Notes: generated from the sequence alone by a model not told the origin. Counted from the stretch's first letter, positions 49,391-59,725 are shown. The stretch: DNA of 64,000 nt from an uncultured Candidatus Binatia bacterium (GCA_965213675.1 OZ243916.1:2176001-2240000), one strand, 5' to 3'. Program-made: numbers and translations.

Positions 49391-50728
49391 ATGAACCGTG
49401 GGGCGGACCGAAGCCGTTTCCGCCACTTGGTGGATGACCGGGTGGATGAGGGGGTGTTTCGCCTCGACCGCTCGATCTACGCCGACCCCGCGGTCTTCGA
49501 GGCGGAGATGGAGCGCATCTTCGCGGGCGGCTGGGTCTACCTTTGCCACGAGAGCCAGGTGGAAACGCCGGGCGCCTATTGGGCGACGGAAATCGGCCGT
49601 CAGCCGGTTTTCGTGATGCGCCAGTCGGATGGGTCCCTCGCCTGTTTCATCAATGCCTGTTCTCATCGGGGTGCGGTGCTGACGCCGCTCAACCGGGGGA
49701 CCGCCAATGTGCTCACCTGCCGCTTCCACGGCTGGGTGTATGACCGCGGCGGTCGTTGCGTCCGCATCAAGAACGAGGAGGCGGGCTACCCCGCCGCGGA
49801 TCGTTCGGATGGCCGCTTCGATCTGCGGCGAATCGGCGCTCTGGAATCCTACAAGGGGTTCGTATTCGGCAGCCTGAGAAGCGATGTGCCCGCGCTTCAG
49901 GATCATCTGGCGGCCGCGGCCCGCTGGATCGATCTGCTGGCCGATCAGGCGCAGAACGGGTTGGAGGTGGTGCCCGGCTGCTCCACCTACGTTGTCCACG
50001 GCAACTGGAAACTCCAGTCCGAGAACAGCGTCGACGGCTACCATGTGACGACCCTGCACAGCGTGTTCGCTGCCACCGTGGCCCAGCGCGAAGCCCGTGA
50101 CGCCACCGCCGGCCTGCGCCGCACCGAGTCCGGGCGCATCCAGGGGAAGGTGCCCAGCGGCACCTACGACCTGGGCAACGGACACATGGGGCTGTGGGCG
50201 CTGCACACCACGCCGCAGGTCCGCCCGATCTACGAGGCGCGGGCGTGGCTCGAGGAGAACCTGAAGCCGGCAGAGGTTGACTGGATCCTGAACCGCGGCC
50301 GCAACCTTTACCTCTTTCCCAACGTGATGCTGATGGACAATCCGTCCACGCAGATCCGCGTTGTGAAGCCGGTTTCCCCCAGCCTGACCGAGGTCACCGT
50401 CTATTGCATCGCCCCCAAGGGAGAGAGCCGGACGGCGCGGGCCGCGCGCCTGCGGAAGTTCGAAGACTTCTACCTGACCGCCGGGATGGCGACGTCGGAC
50501 GACGCCGCCGCGCTCGAAGCCATTCAGGACGCCTCTTGCGGACCGCGCAGCCAGTGGAACGATATGACCCGGGGCCTGTCCGACCTGGTCGCCGGCCCCG
50601 ACCCGGACGCCCGCAAGCTGGGTTTCGAGCCCGCGGCATCCTGCCCCGACTGGGAGCACGAGGGCATGCTGCACGGGTTCTACCGCGCGTGGCTGGAGCG
50701 GTTGGAGAACGTGTACGCCGCACCCTGA
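49391..50728 (+). CDS. Rieske ring-hydroxylating oxygenase alpha subunit (benzoate/anthranilate-dioxygenase-like)
   Basis: CSH...CRFHGW Rieske ligands; NWKLQSENSVDGYH....H; ATSDD. Confidence 0.92.
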   Translation: MNRGADRSRFRHLVDDRVDEGVFRLDRSIYADPAVFEAEMERIFAGGWVYLCHESQVETPGAYWATEIGRQPVFVMRQSDGSLACFINACSHRGAVLTPLNRGTANVLTCRFHGWVYDRGGRCVRIKNEEAGYPAADRSDGRFDLRRIGALESYKGFVFGSLRSDVPALQDHLAAAARWIDLLADQAQNGLEVVPGCSTYVVHGNWKLQSENSVDGYHVTTLHSVFAATVAQREARDATAGLRRTESGRIQGKVPSGTYDLGNGHMGLWALHTTPQVRPIYEARAWLEENLKPAEVDWILNRGRNLYLFPNVMLMDNPSTQIRVVKPVSPSLTEVTVYCIAPKGESRTARAARLRKFEDFYLTAGMATSDDAAALEAIQDASCGPRSQWNDMTRGLSDLVAGPDPDARKLGFEPAASCPDWEHEGMLHGFYRAWLERLENVYAAP

Positions 50729-50783
50729 GGCCGGCGGCCGGAATGCCCCGCGAATCAACCGGACAGGACAGCCAGGACAGCCA

Positions 50784-51290
50784 ATGAGCACCAACGGCAT
50801 CGACGCGGGGCTGGAGCGCGAGGTAGCGGCGCTGATCAGCCGTGAGGCCATGCTGCTGGACCGGCGCCGCTGGCAGGAGTGGCTGGACCTCTACACCGAG
50901 GATGCCGTTTACTGGGCGCCGGCCTGGGCCAGCGAGGAGGAGATCAACACCGATCCCGAGATCCAACTCAACTTGATCTACCTCAAGAACCGCGGCCGGC
51001 TCGAAGATCGGGTATTCCGCATCGAGTCACGCCAGTCCTGGGCTTCCCTTCCCCTGGACCGCACCGTGCACGTCATCGGCAACGTGCTGGTGGAGCGCGT
51101 CGCCGGTGACGCGGTGGATGCCACCGCCAACTGCATCGTGCACGTCTACGGCAAGAAGGGCGCGGCCACCCGCGGCAGCCGCTACGACTTCGCATTCAAG
51201 CGCATCGACGGCGCGCTCAAGATTACCCGCAAGAAGATCGTCTTCATCGACGACCGGCTCGAAGGGCCGGTGGACATCTATCACCTGTAG
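50784..51290 (+). CDS. Ring-hydroxylating oxygenase beta subunit
   Basis: REAMLLD..W.EWL.LY, LEDRVFRI, C-terminal DIYHL. Confidence 0.92.
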   Translation: MSTNGIDAGLEREVAALISREAMLLDRRRWQEWLDLYTEDAVYWAPAWASEEEINTDPEIQLNLIYLKNRGRLEDRVFRIESRQSWASLPLDRTVHVIGNVLVERVAGDAVDATANCIVHVYGKKGAATRGSRYDFAFKRIDGALKITRKKIVFIDDRLEGPVDIYHL

Positions 51291-51296
51291 AGAGCG

Positions 51297-52334
51297 TTGC
51301 TGAGCCTCCAAAAGATCGCTCCCGAGATGGGCGGCATCGCGTTGCGCGGGATGGAACCGCGCGACCCCGGTTCCGGCGAAATATTGATCCGGGTGGGCGC
51401 TGCCGGGATCTGCGGCACAGACATGCAGATCTACAATTGGGCGCCGCGCATGGCGCGCCGGATGGCGCTGCCGCGGGTGCTGGGCCACGAGGTCTCGGGC
51501 ACGGTGGAAGCCATCGGACCTGGCGTCGAGAGCGTCGCGGCCGGCGAACGGGTAAGCCTCGAAAGCCATATCTTCTGCGGTCGCTGCCGGCCGTGCCGGC
51601 TCGGACGCGCCCATCTTTGCGAACACACCCGCTACCCCGGCATCGACATCGACGGCGCTTTCGCCGAAACCCTCACGGTCCCCGCCGCCATCGCGTGGGT
51701 GAACCCACCCGACCTGCCGCACGAGACCGCGGCCATGCTGGAGCCCTTCGGCATCGCCGTCCATGCCTGCCTCGCGGGCGCCGGGGTTTCAGGGTTGTCC
51801 GTGCTGGTGAACGGCTGCGGCCCCATCGGACTCATGGCGGTGGCCGCGGCGCGCGCCCTGGGCGCCGCGCGCGTCATCGCCTGCGACCTCAACCCGCTAC
51901 GACTCCAGGCGGCCGGGACCATGGGCGCGGACCGCGCGGTGAACGCCGGCAACGAGGACCTGGCCCGCGTGGTGCGGGACCTCACCGGCGGGGCGGGCGC
52001 CGACGTCGGGATGGAACTCTCCGGCGCCGAGGCCGGCTTCAACGCCGTCTTCGCCGCCCTCGCCAAGGGCGGCGACTTCCGGCTGGTGGGCGCGCCGCCG
52101 TCTGCCATCCCCGTGGACTTCACCTACTGGCTGCTCAAATGCCCGGTGATGCACAACATCCACGGCCGCCTCATCTGGCAGACATGGCAGCGCGCCACCG
52201 AACTGCTGGCCACCGGCGCCGTGGACCTCGCCCCGGTACGCAGCCACGTCCTGCCGCTGTCCGAAGCGCTCCGCGGTTTCGAACTCATCCGCGACGGCGA
52301 GGCGCTCAAGCCACTGCTCGTGCCGGATCGCTAG
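51297..52334 (+). CDS. Zn-dependent alcohol dehydrogenase (Tdh-like)
   Basis: GICGTD, GHE, CGRCRPC..C, GCGPIG. Confidence 0.9.
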   Translation: MLSLQKIAPEMGGIALRGMEPRDPGSGEILIRVGAAGICGTDMQIYNWAPRMARRMALPRVLGHEVSGTVEAIGPGVESVAAGERVSLESHIFCGRCRPCRLGRAHLCEHTRYPGIDIDGAFAETLTVPAAIAWVNPPDLPHETAAMLEPFGIAVHACLAGAGVSGLSVLVNGCGPIGLMAVAAARALGAARVIACDLNPLRLQAAGTMGADRAVNAGNEDLARVVRDLTGGAGADVGMELSGAEAGFNAVFAALAKGGDFRLVGAPPSAIPVDFTYWLLKCPVMHNIHGRLIWQTWQRATELLATGAVDLAPVRSHVLPLSEALRGFELIRDGEALKPLLVPDR

Positions 52335-52404
52335 TGTCGTGTCCCGTAGATTCCTGCGATACGTTGCGCAGGATTTTCCAGGAGCCTGCGGCGCAGGCTC
52401 CTGG
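52331..52404. mobile_element. Diverged solo end of the CTAG-bounded MITE family, followed by a GC hairpin
   Basis: 52331-52377 matches 34/47 nt, ungapped, to 56234-56280; hairpin CCAGGAGCCTGC-N3-GCAGGCTCCTGG at 52378-52404 between convergent genes. Confidence 0.6.
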
Positions 52405-52419
52405 CGGCGTTCGCCCGCC

Positions 52420-53541
52420 TCACTGCCACGTCTTCAATTCCGGATAAACCTCCGTGGCGAACAGCTCCATGCTCCGCTTGGTTTCGTCGTGGGTGAGGAA
52501 ACCCGCCTGATTCATCATGAGCAGGTGGCCGACGCCGCAGCGTTCGTGGAGGTACTTGAGCTTCTCGAGGACCTTTTTGGGGGTGCCGGCGATGATCACG
52601 CCCTGATCGAGGAGATCCTCGTAGGTGCGGTTGTAGCGGGCGTTGCCCTTGGGGTCGAAGAAGCGGGTGAGGCCTTGGGGCGGGACGAAGCCGGGCGGGG
52701 CGAAGAAGCCCACGGGGCGGCGCTTGTTGAGGTACCAGAGGAGCTTGCGGCCGCCCTCCTCGGCCTGCTTGTCGGTCTCGCCGGTGAAGGTCAGGGCGCA
52801 GTAGGCGAACTTGTCGCTGCCCGGTTCGGGGTAGTTCATCTCCTCGCAGCGCTTGCGGTAAGCGCCGAACAGGGCTTCGGTCTGTTCGTAGGAGGTGAGG
52901 ACGGTGGCCAGGGTGTAGTGATGGTCGGCCACCCACGGCACGGCGGCCGGCTGGCTGCCGGTGATCCAGATGGGCGGATGGGGCTGCTGGAAGGGGCGCG
53001 GCCACGGGTTCACGTAGCGGTAGTGGTAGTGCTTGCCCTCCCAGTTGAACACATCCTGGGTCTTCCACGCCTTGATGATGAGGTCGTGGGCCTCCTGCAT
53101 GCGTTCCCGGGTGTCGGAGGGGTTGGTGTTGGCGGGATGAATTTCGGTTCCCACGCCCCGGACGAAGCCCGCGATGAGGCGCCCGCCGGAGATCACGTCG
53201 ATCATGGCGGCGTCCTCGGCCACCTGGATGGGGCTCCGGTGCGCCAGCGGAAAACCCAGCACCAGAATCCGTGCGCGTTTGGTGCGCCGAACCAGGGTGC
53301 CGGCGGTGATGGAGACATTGGCCGCCATGCACGTGGCGGTGGCGTGGTGCTCGTTGAGCATGATCTCCAGGCCCAACTCGTCGGCGTACTCGTATTCGTC
53401 GAGATAGCGGTTGTAGAGGTCGTGGGCGACCTGCGGGTCGCAGTAGCGGTTGGGCAGGGTCACGCGCATGGCCCCGTGCCGTTCTTCCACGTCTTCCGGC
53501 AGGAAGGGATAGGGCATTTCGGTGAAGTGGTAGGCCAGCAT
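52420..53541 (-). CDS. Luciferase-like (LLM class) oxidoreductase
   Basis: MLNEHH, DVISGGRL.AGFVRG, PRPFQQPHPPIW, MELFATEVYP. Confidence 0.9.
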   Translation of the reverse strand: MLAYHFTEMPYPFLPEDVEERHGAMRVTLPNRYCDPQVAHDLYNRYLDEYEYADELGLEIMLNEHHATATCMAANVSITAGTLVRRTKRARILVLGFPLAHRSPIQVAEDAAMIDVISGGRLIAGFVRGVGTEIHPANTNPSDTRERMQEAHDLIIKAWKTQDVFNWEGKHYHYRYVNPWPRPFQQPHPPIWITGSQPAAVPWVADHHYTLATVLTSYEQTEALFGAYRKRCEEMNYPEPGSDKFAYCALTFTGETDKQAEEGGRKLLWYLNKRRPVGFFAPPGFVPPQGLTRFFDPKGNARYNRTYEDLLDQGVIIAGTPKKVLEKLKYLHERCGVGHLLMMNQAGFLTHDETKRSMELFATEVYPELKTWQ

Positions 53542-53618
53542 CGTCCTGGTCCTCCTGTACTGGAAATGGCGCCCCTCGACTTCGTTCCGCTGACGCTCCA
53601 CTACGTTCGGGAGCCAAC

Positions 53619-54413
53619 CTACTCTCGATCCAGGAACTCCGTGACCGCCCGGGCCAGGGCGTCGGGCTGCTCCCATTGCGGGTAATGGCCGGATGCCGGA
53701 ATCGTGGTGAAGCCGGCGCCCGGAATGGCCTGTTGCAGCGCGCGCCCGTAGTCGGGGGTCACCACCCGGTCGCTCGCGCCCCAGAACACGTGGACGGGCA
53801 CCCGTACCCGACCCAGCCGCCGCGGGAGTTTGGGGTTGTGCATGAAGGGACGCCACGCGAACTTCAGCACCGACTGGCGGTTGCGCAGCAGCGTGAGCAG
53901 TTCGTCGCCCTCCACGCCCTCCGTGCCCGGCCACCGGAGCGCCTTGGCGGCCTCCGGGTTGTGCCACGCCAACCCGGCCAGTTCTTCCGCGGTGTACACG
54001 TAGACATCCTGCACGTCGCGCACGGTGGGATCGGAAATCTTGATGCCCACCGAATCGATCAATGCCAGGCGCCGGATCTGCTGGTGCGAACGCACCGCCA
54101 TTTCAGCGGCGACCCAACCGCCGAAGCCGTGGCCGACGACGTCCACCGGCCCCGCATCCAGGCTTTCGAGCAGGTCGAGCCCGAGGAAGGCCAGATCTTC
54201 CATGGTGTCGAGCCAGTCGGGCAGCTCGGACCGGTTCACTCCGGGCAGCGACGGCGCCACGACCCGGCAACGTGAGGCCAGCGCGTCATCCAACGGGGGG
54301 ACTGGGGTTTCAAGCTGATCACCGTAAAGGATCACCACCGAGGCGCCGTCCCCACGACGGCGCGCGCCCAGCTTGACGCCGTCGACCTCCAGGGTCTCGG
54401 CAACCCATGTCAT
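53619..54413 (-). CDS. Alpha/beta-hydrolase-fold protein lacking the nucleophile Ser
   Basis: GHGFGG in place of GxSxG; WGASD and GHYP retained. Confidence 0.8.
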   Translation of the reverse strand: MTWVAETLEVDGVKLGARRRGDGASVVILYGDQLETPVPPLDDALASRCRVVAPSLPGVNRSELPDWLDTMEDLAFLGLDLLESLDAGPVDVVGHGFGGWVAAEMAVRSHQQIRRLALIDSVGIKISDPTVRDVQDVYVYTAEELAGLAWHNPEAAKALRWPGTEGVEGDELLTLLRNRQSVLKFAWRPFMHNPKLPRRLGRVRVPVHVFWGASDRVVTPDYGRALQQAIPGAGFTTIPASGHYPQWEQPDALARAVTEFLDRE

Positions 54414-55318
54414 GAACCCTGCGCCTCCCCGGCGTGACCCCGGGTTTCCCCGGCGTGCCGCTTGATGAAATCGATGGCCAACGCATTGAATTCCGCGGGG
54501 TGCTCCGCGTGGGAACAGTGCCGCGACCTGTCGAATACCTTCACCTCGGAGCCGGGTATCTCGGCCTGGAGGTCGGTGGCATAGGTCGGGTACCGCAACG
54601 GGTCCTGGGCGCCCGCCACAATCAGCACCGGGCAGCGGATCCGGCCGTAGTCGGGCCGCACCGGACGGAAGCCCCGGGGCTGTCCGGACGGCGCCAGCCG
54701 CGCGGCCGCGCAGGCCTCCCAAACCCCAGGCTCCAGACTGGCCTTCCAACGCTCGTCCACCACGTCGTCCGCCCACCAGCGCTCGTCGTAGAAACACACG
54801 CGCAGGATGTCGCGCATCTGCTCCCGCTCGCCGGTGTAACCCGTGAGCACCTTGCGTTCGTCGTTGTCCGGCGCCTTGCCGCCGCCGCTCACGGCGATGA
54901 CCGAGGCCACGTTGAAACGCGGGTCCGTGGCCATCTGCAAGCAAAAGCCGCCGCCGAAGGAATTGCCGATGAGATGCACCGGCCCGAGGCACAGGGTCCG
55001 GAGGAAGCTGTCCACGTGCCTGAGGCGAAACCCCACCGGATCGCTGAAGCTGTAGACCCGGTCCGTGCGGCCGAACCCGGCGAGATCGGGGGCGTAGACA
55101 TGAAAGTGCTCACCGAGTTGGGCGATATTGTCGCGCCAACTGAACTCCGCCCGCCCGCCGAACTCGCCGCTGTGGATCAGCACCACCGTGGGGCCGTCGC
55201 CCACGCCGGCTTCGAGATAATGCGTGCGGATTTGGCCTGTCTGAACGTAGTGTCGGCTCACACTTGGCGGAAGGTCGGGTACGGTACTCACGGCCCCCTG
55301 CGTAACCGAAAGACCCAT
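54410..55318 (-). CDS. Alpha/beta hydrolase
   Basis: PDLAGFG, GNSFGG, AGAQD, RHCSH. Confidence 0.85.
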   Translation of the reverse strand: MGLSVTQGAVSTVPDLPPSVSRHYVQTGQIRTHYLEAGVGDGPTVVLIHSGEFGGRAEFSWRDNIAQLGEHFHVYAPDLAGFGRTDRVYSFSDPVGFRLRHVDSFLRTLCLGPVHLIGNSFGGGFCLQMATDPRFNVASVIAVSGGGKAPDNDERKVLTGYTGEREQMRDILRVCFYDERWWADDVVDERWKASLEPGVWEACAAARLAPSGQPRGFRPVRPDYGRIRCPVLIVAGAQDPLRYPTYATDLQAEIPGSEVKVFDRSRHCSHAEHPAEFNALAIDFIKRHAGETRGHAGEAQGS

Positions 55319-55433
55319 ACGTGTCAACTTGACAACGGCGGCACAGACTCGCGGCTGGCCGCAGTATGTGATAGTTCGTTTCTCAGTTCGGATGGCATCC
55401 GGACCACAAAGCTTGGACGCAGGGGGGGTTCAC

Positions 55434-56237
55434 ATGCACTGGGGTATGGAAAACAGAATGGCGCGCATCATCCAGCCGAATGATGGACGTTGCGTGATGT
55501 TGGCCGTGGACCACGGCTACTTTTTGGGACCGACCAGCGGACTGGAGCAACCACGCGAGACCATCGAACCGTTGCTGCCCCACGCCGACGCCATCATGCT
55601 CACCCGGGGCGTACTGCGCACCGCGGTGGACGCCAACATGCAGGCGCCGGTGGTGCTGCGCGTGTCCGGGGGCACCAGCATCCTGAAGGAATTGTCCAAC
55701 GAGGACATCACCGTATCCATCGAAGACGCCATCCGGCTCAACGTTTCCGCTCTGGCGCTGTCAATCTTCGTGGGCTCGGAATTCGAGAAGGAAACGCTCG
55801 TGAGCCTGGCCAAGCTGGTGGACGAGGGCGAGCGGTACGGCATTCCCGTGCTCGCCGTCACCGCGGTGGGCAAGGACATGGCTCGGGACGAGCGTTATCT
55901 GAGCCTTTCCTGCCGCATTGCCGCCGAGCTGGGCGCCCACATCGTCAAGACCTACTACTGCGAGGGCTTCGAAAACCTGGTCGCCAGTTGCCCGATTCCG
56001 GTGATCGTGGCGGGCGGCAAGAAGACCCCGGAGATGGAGGCCCTGGAGCTGGCCCGGAACGCGGTGGACCACGGCGCGGTGGGCGTTGACATGGGCCGCA
56101 ACATCTTCCAGTCCGACAGTCCGGCGGGAATGATCCAGGCCGTGCGCGCCATCGTTCACGGCGGCGCCTCGGTGGCGGACGCCTACGGGATCTACGAAGC
56201 GTCGCGGCCGTCGCCCGCGGAACGCGCCGCCGGCTAG
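55434..56237 (+). CDS. lsrF: LsrF-like thiolase / class I aldolase
   Basis: MHWGMENRMARI, LAVDHGYFLGPT, IVKTYY, AGGKK, DMGRNIFQS. Confidence 0.85.
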   Translation: MHWGMENRMARIIQPNDGRCVMLAVDHGYFLGPTSGLEQPRETIEPLLPHADAIMLTRGVLRTAVDANMQAPVVLRVSGGTSILKELSNEDITVSIEDAIRLNVSALALSIFVGSEFEKETLVSLAKLVDEGERYGIPVLAVTAVGKDMARDERYLSLSCRIAAELGAHIVKTYYCEGFENLVASCPIPVIVAGGKKTPEMEALELARNAVDHGAVGVDMGRNIFQSDSPAGMIQAVRAIVHGGASVADAYGIYEASRPSPAERAAG

Positions 56238-56398
56238 TGTGGTGTCTGGTTAATTCGCGTCATAATCTGCGGAGGATTTTTTGTCGTCGGCAAGGCGCGA
56301 TGACGAGCAGTGGCGGGTACCACGCGAGGAAGAGCAACGCAGCCGACGGCGAATAAGACCCGCAGATTATGTCGCGTATTAACCAGACGCCACACTAG
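56234..56398. mobile_element. 165-bp MITE-like element
   Basis: 39-bp terminal inverted repeats with 3 mismatches, beginning and ending with CTAG; no transposase. Confidence 0.8.
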
Positions 56399-56478
56399 GA
56401 GCTTGCCCTCGCGGGAAGGAGGCTCTGCAACGGGGTTACCTCGGAAGGTCCCCCACGGCCTGGTGTCGGAAGCGAAAC

Positions 56479-57507
56479 ATGCGCGTCGCCATGTATTACA
56501 GCAACGATGACGTCCGGCTGGAGGAACTGCCCGTTCCCAGGGCCGGCGCGGGCGAGTTGCTCATGCGTGTGGAGGCCAGCGGCATCTGCGGCACCGACGT
56601 GCTGGAATGGTACCGGCGCGCCCAGGCGCCCAAGGTGCTGGGCCACGAGGTCACCGGCGAGGTGGCCGAGGTGGGCGCCGGCGTCACCGGGTTCGCGCCC
56701 GGGGACCGCATCGTCACCACCCATCACGTGCCCTGCGACGACTGCCACCACTGCCGCTCCGGGCACGCCTCGGTGTGCCAGCTCATGCGCGAGACCCACT
56801 TCGACCCCGGCGGCTTCGCCGAATACCTGCGGCTGCCCAAGGTCAACGTGGATTCCGGAACGTTCCTGCTTCCCGATTCGCTTTCCTTCGAACAGGGTTC
56901 CTTCGTCGAACCGCTGGGCTGCGTGGTGCGGGCGCAACAGCACGCCCGCGCGCCCGCGCAGGAAAACGTGCTGGTCATCGGCGCCGGCGTCGCCGGCCTG
57001 CTGCACATCCAGCTTGCCCGGAGCCGCGGCGTCAGAACCCTGGTGGCCACCGACATCAACGACGAACGCCTGCGTCTGGCCCGATCCCTGGGCGCGGACC
57101 CCACGTTCCACGCCACCGACGACGTGCCCGCGCGCGTGCGCCAAGCCTGCGGCGGACGCCTTGCCGACCTCGTGATCGTATGCACCGGCGCCGCTCCGGC
57201 CATCCGGCAGGCATTCCAGAGCGTCGAACGCGGCGGCAAGCTGCTCTTCTTCGCCTCCACCGCCGCCGGCCACGACGTGCCCATGCCGCTCTACGAAATG
57301 TGGCGCAACGAGGTGAGCCTCGTCACATCCTACGGCGCCAGCCCCGAAGACTTGAGAGCCGCCGTGGACCTGCTGGCGTCCGGCAAGGTGCAGGTGGACC
57401 CACTCATCACCCACCGCCTTTCCCTCGCCGAAACCGGAACCGGTTTCCAACTCGTGGCCAACGCCAAGAATTCACTGAAAGTCATCATCGAGCCGCAGAA
57501 GCGCTGA
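56479..57507 (+). CDS. Zn-dependent (sorbitol/iditol-type) dehydrogenase
   Basis: GICGTD, GHE, CDDCHHC..C, GAGVAG. Confidence 0.9.
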   Translation: MRVAMYYSNDDVRLEELPVPRAGAGELLMRVEASGICGTDVLEWYRRAQAPKVLGHEVTGEVAEVGAGVTGFAPGDRIVTTHHVPCDDCHHCRSGHASVCQLMRETHFDPGGFAEYLRLPKVNVDSGTFLLPDSLSFEQGSFVEPLGCVVRAQQHARAPAQENVLVIGAGVAGLLHIQLARSRGVRTLVATDINDERLRLARSLGADPTFHATDDVPARVRQACGGRLADLVIVCTGAAPAIRQAFQSVERGGKLLFFASTAAGHDVPMPLYEMWRNEVSLVTSYGASPEDLRAAVDLLASGKVQVDPLITHRLSLAETGTGFQLVANAKNSLKVIIEPQKR

Positions 57508-57755
57508 ACCGCCGAGGGCGCGAAGGGTCGAGTTTCTCGAAGCGGTCGGCGCACGTTTCTTGCACGTTCCAGGAAGGAAACAAGCCGGCAGGGCCGCAAA
57601 GAGGTCGCGACTCAGTTACGGGAAATTGAGGAACTCACGCGCGGGAACGCGTTCCGGGATCGCCAGCATCGCTTCGAGCTCGCGATCCGGGCAGGTGAAG
57701 GTCAGCCGCAGGGACCGTGGAGAACCAGTCCTTGGCCGGCGGATTATTCGAGGGA

Positions 57756-57962
57756 TTATTCGAGCTCGGTCGTTTCAACCGGCGTTTCCCGCACCCTGCC
57801 GGCGGCGATCTCGCGCAGGGCCACGACAATCTCGCGGTTGTCGGACTCCACCAGAGGCTTGGCGCCCTTGAGGAGCTGCTTGGTGCGCTGGGAACCGAGC
57901 ATGACGAGCTTGAAGCGGTTGGTCACTTCGTCGAGGCAGTCTTCCACGGTAATTCTTGCCAC
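57756..57962 (-). CDS. rpoZ: RNA polymerase omega subunit
   Basis: [15 protein letters not shown]...ALREIAAG. Confidence 0.96.
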   Translation of the reverse strand: MARITVEDCLDEVTNRFKLVMLGSQRTKQLLKGAKPLVESDNREIVVALREIAAGRVRETPVETTELE

Positions 57963-58023
57963 GGGACATTCTCCTGAGGTGTGAACGCCGGCGGGCGACG
58001 GAGCCGGCGGGTCCGCGGGCGAC

Positions 58024-59064
58024 CTACGCCACGGTCGGCTGCTCCAGAACTTCTTCCCCTCCCGACGTTTCGATCTCGAATCCCAGGTCTTCGATCATTC
58101 GGTGGGCGTCGGAGGCTTCCTGACCGGATGTGGTCAGGTAGCCGTTGACGAAAATCGAGTTGGCTGGGTACAGGCTCAGCGGCTGCAACGAGCGCAGGTT
58201 GACTTCCCGGCCGCCGGCCACGCGAATCTCCTTGTCCGGGTTGACGAAGCGGAACAGGCACAGGACCTTGAGGCAATACTGCGGGGTCAGGTTGGAGCGC
58301 TCCGCCATGGGCGTCCCCGGAATGGCGTGCAGGAAGTTGACCGGGATGGAATCCACGTCGAGTTGCCGCAACGACACGGCCAGATCGATGACGTCGTCAT
58401 CCTGTTCGCCAAGGCCGACGATGCCGCCGCAGCAGGTGGACAGCCCCGCGGCCTTGACGCTCTCCAGGGTGGCCACGCGATCCTCGTAGGTGTGCGTGGA
58501 CACCACTTCGGGATGATACCGGCTGCTGGTGTTGAGGTTGTGGTTGATCCGCTCGACCCCTGCGTCCTTGAGGATGCGCGCCTTGGATTCCGTCAGCAGC
58601 CCCATGCACGCGCAGATATTGATGGGGACACGGCGCTTGATCTCGGACACGGCGTCGGCCATCCGTTGGGTTTCCTTGAGCGTGGGGCCGCGGCCGCTGT
58701 TGACCATGCAGAAGCGCATGGCCCCCGCCTCCTTGGCCCGAACCGCCGCTTCCACGAGTTCTTCCTTGGCGAGGAACGGATACTTGTCGATTTCGGCCTC
58801 GGAAACCGACGACTGCGAGCAGTAGCCGCAATCCTCGGGGCACAGGCCGCTCTTGGCGTTCATCAGCACGTGGATCTGCACCCGCTTGCCGAAATAGTGA
58901 TGGCGAACGCGGAACGCGGCATCGAGCAACTCCGGCAGCCTTTCGTCCGGGCCGTGAATGACCGACTTCATTTCAGACGGGGACAGAAGCTCCCCGGCGA
59001 GCGCCTTTTCCGCAAGCTCCGCGTAGCTGGATTCCACGTTGTTCATGGAGATTTCGTCTAACAT
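58024..59064 (-). CDS. bioB: Biotin synthase
   Basis: [38 protein letters not shown]. Confidence 0.96.
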   Translation of the reverse strand: MLDEISMNNVESSYAELAEKALAGELLSPSEMKSVIHGPDERLPELLDAAFRVRHHYFGKRVQIHVLMNAKSGLCPEDCGYCSQSSVSEAEIDKYPFLAKEELVEAAVRAKEAGAMRFCMVNSGRGPTLKETQRMADAVSEIKRRVPINICACMGLLTESKARILKDAGVERINHNLNTSSRYHPEVVSTHTYEDRVATLESVKAAGLSTCCGGIVGLGEQDDDVIDLAVSLRQLDVDSIPVNFLHAIPGTPMAERSNLTPQYCLKVLCLFRFVNPDKEIRVAGGREVNLRSLQPLSLYPANSIFVNGYLTTSGQEASDAHRMIEDLGFEIETSGGEEVLEQPTVA

Positions 59065-59236
59065 GGGGGTGGCGATTCCGCAAGCAAACCGCGATCATGG
59101 CGCCGGGGTTGCGCGGCGGTGGCGCCATGGGGCACGCGTCGCGGCGGCGGCCATGCGGCGGACGCGGCCTGCCGGCCTTCGGCGGGCGCTTCACCGGCAG
59201 CCCATATTGGCGAAACCGCCGCCGTGGCCTTGTCCG

Positions 59237-59725
59237 CTACCCGATGAAGAGCTGGAAGATCGCGCCCCGCTGGTTCGTCACGGTCTTGGGCATCAGCAGC
59301 TTCGGTTCGTCCGCCAGCGCGCTCTGCGCCACTTCCCAGTTGGTCTGCGGCAGGGGGTCGAGGGCGCGGATCTCGTCCAGCGACAGGTACACGGCCTGAT
59401 CGACTTCCCGCCCGTCCGGCGTGGGCGCCTCGGTGAGGCCCCGGAGCCGCAGCACGACGTAAAGGCTGTTGCCGGACTCGGCGTCGTAGCGGCTGCGAAC
59501 GCCCAGTACCCCCTCCACCTCCGCCTCGACGCCGGCTTCCTCGGCCACCTCGCGCACCACCGCATCCTCAATGGTCTCGTCGGGCTCCACGAAACCGCCG
59601 GGCACTTGCCAGTTGCCGCGCCCCCGGCGCGACGCGCGCCGGACGAAGAGAAGGCGTCCGTCCCGAACCACCGCTCCGCCCACACCGATGTTGTAGCCCG
59701 TGTTGTAGCGTTCCGGTATCGCCAT
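59237..59725 (-). CDS. NUDIX hydrolase
   Basis: Nudix box GGFVEPDETIEDAVVREVAEEAG. Confidence 0.9.
   Translation of the reverse strand: MAIPERYNTGYNIGVGGAVVRDGRLLFVRRASRRGRGNWQVPGGFVEPDETIEDAVVREVAEEAGVEAEVEGVLGVRSRYDAESGNSLYVVLRLRGLTEAPTPDGREVDQAVYLSLDEIRALDPLPQTNWEVAQSALADEPKLLMPKTVTNQRGAIFQLFIG

Noticed and set aside
57612-57764. Possible gene remnant (LRLTFTCPDRELEAMLAIPE) and 12-bp duplication GGATTATTCGAG at the rpoZ stop
   Set aside because: Too short to assign; the duplication has no evident consequence.
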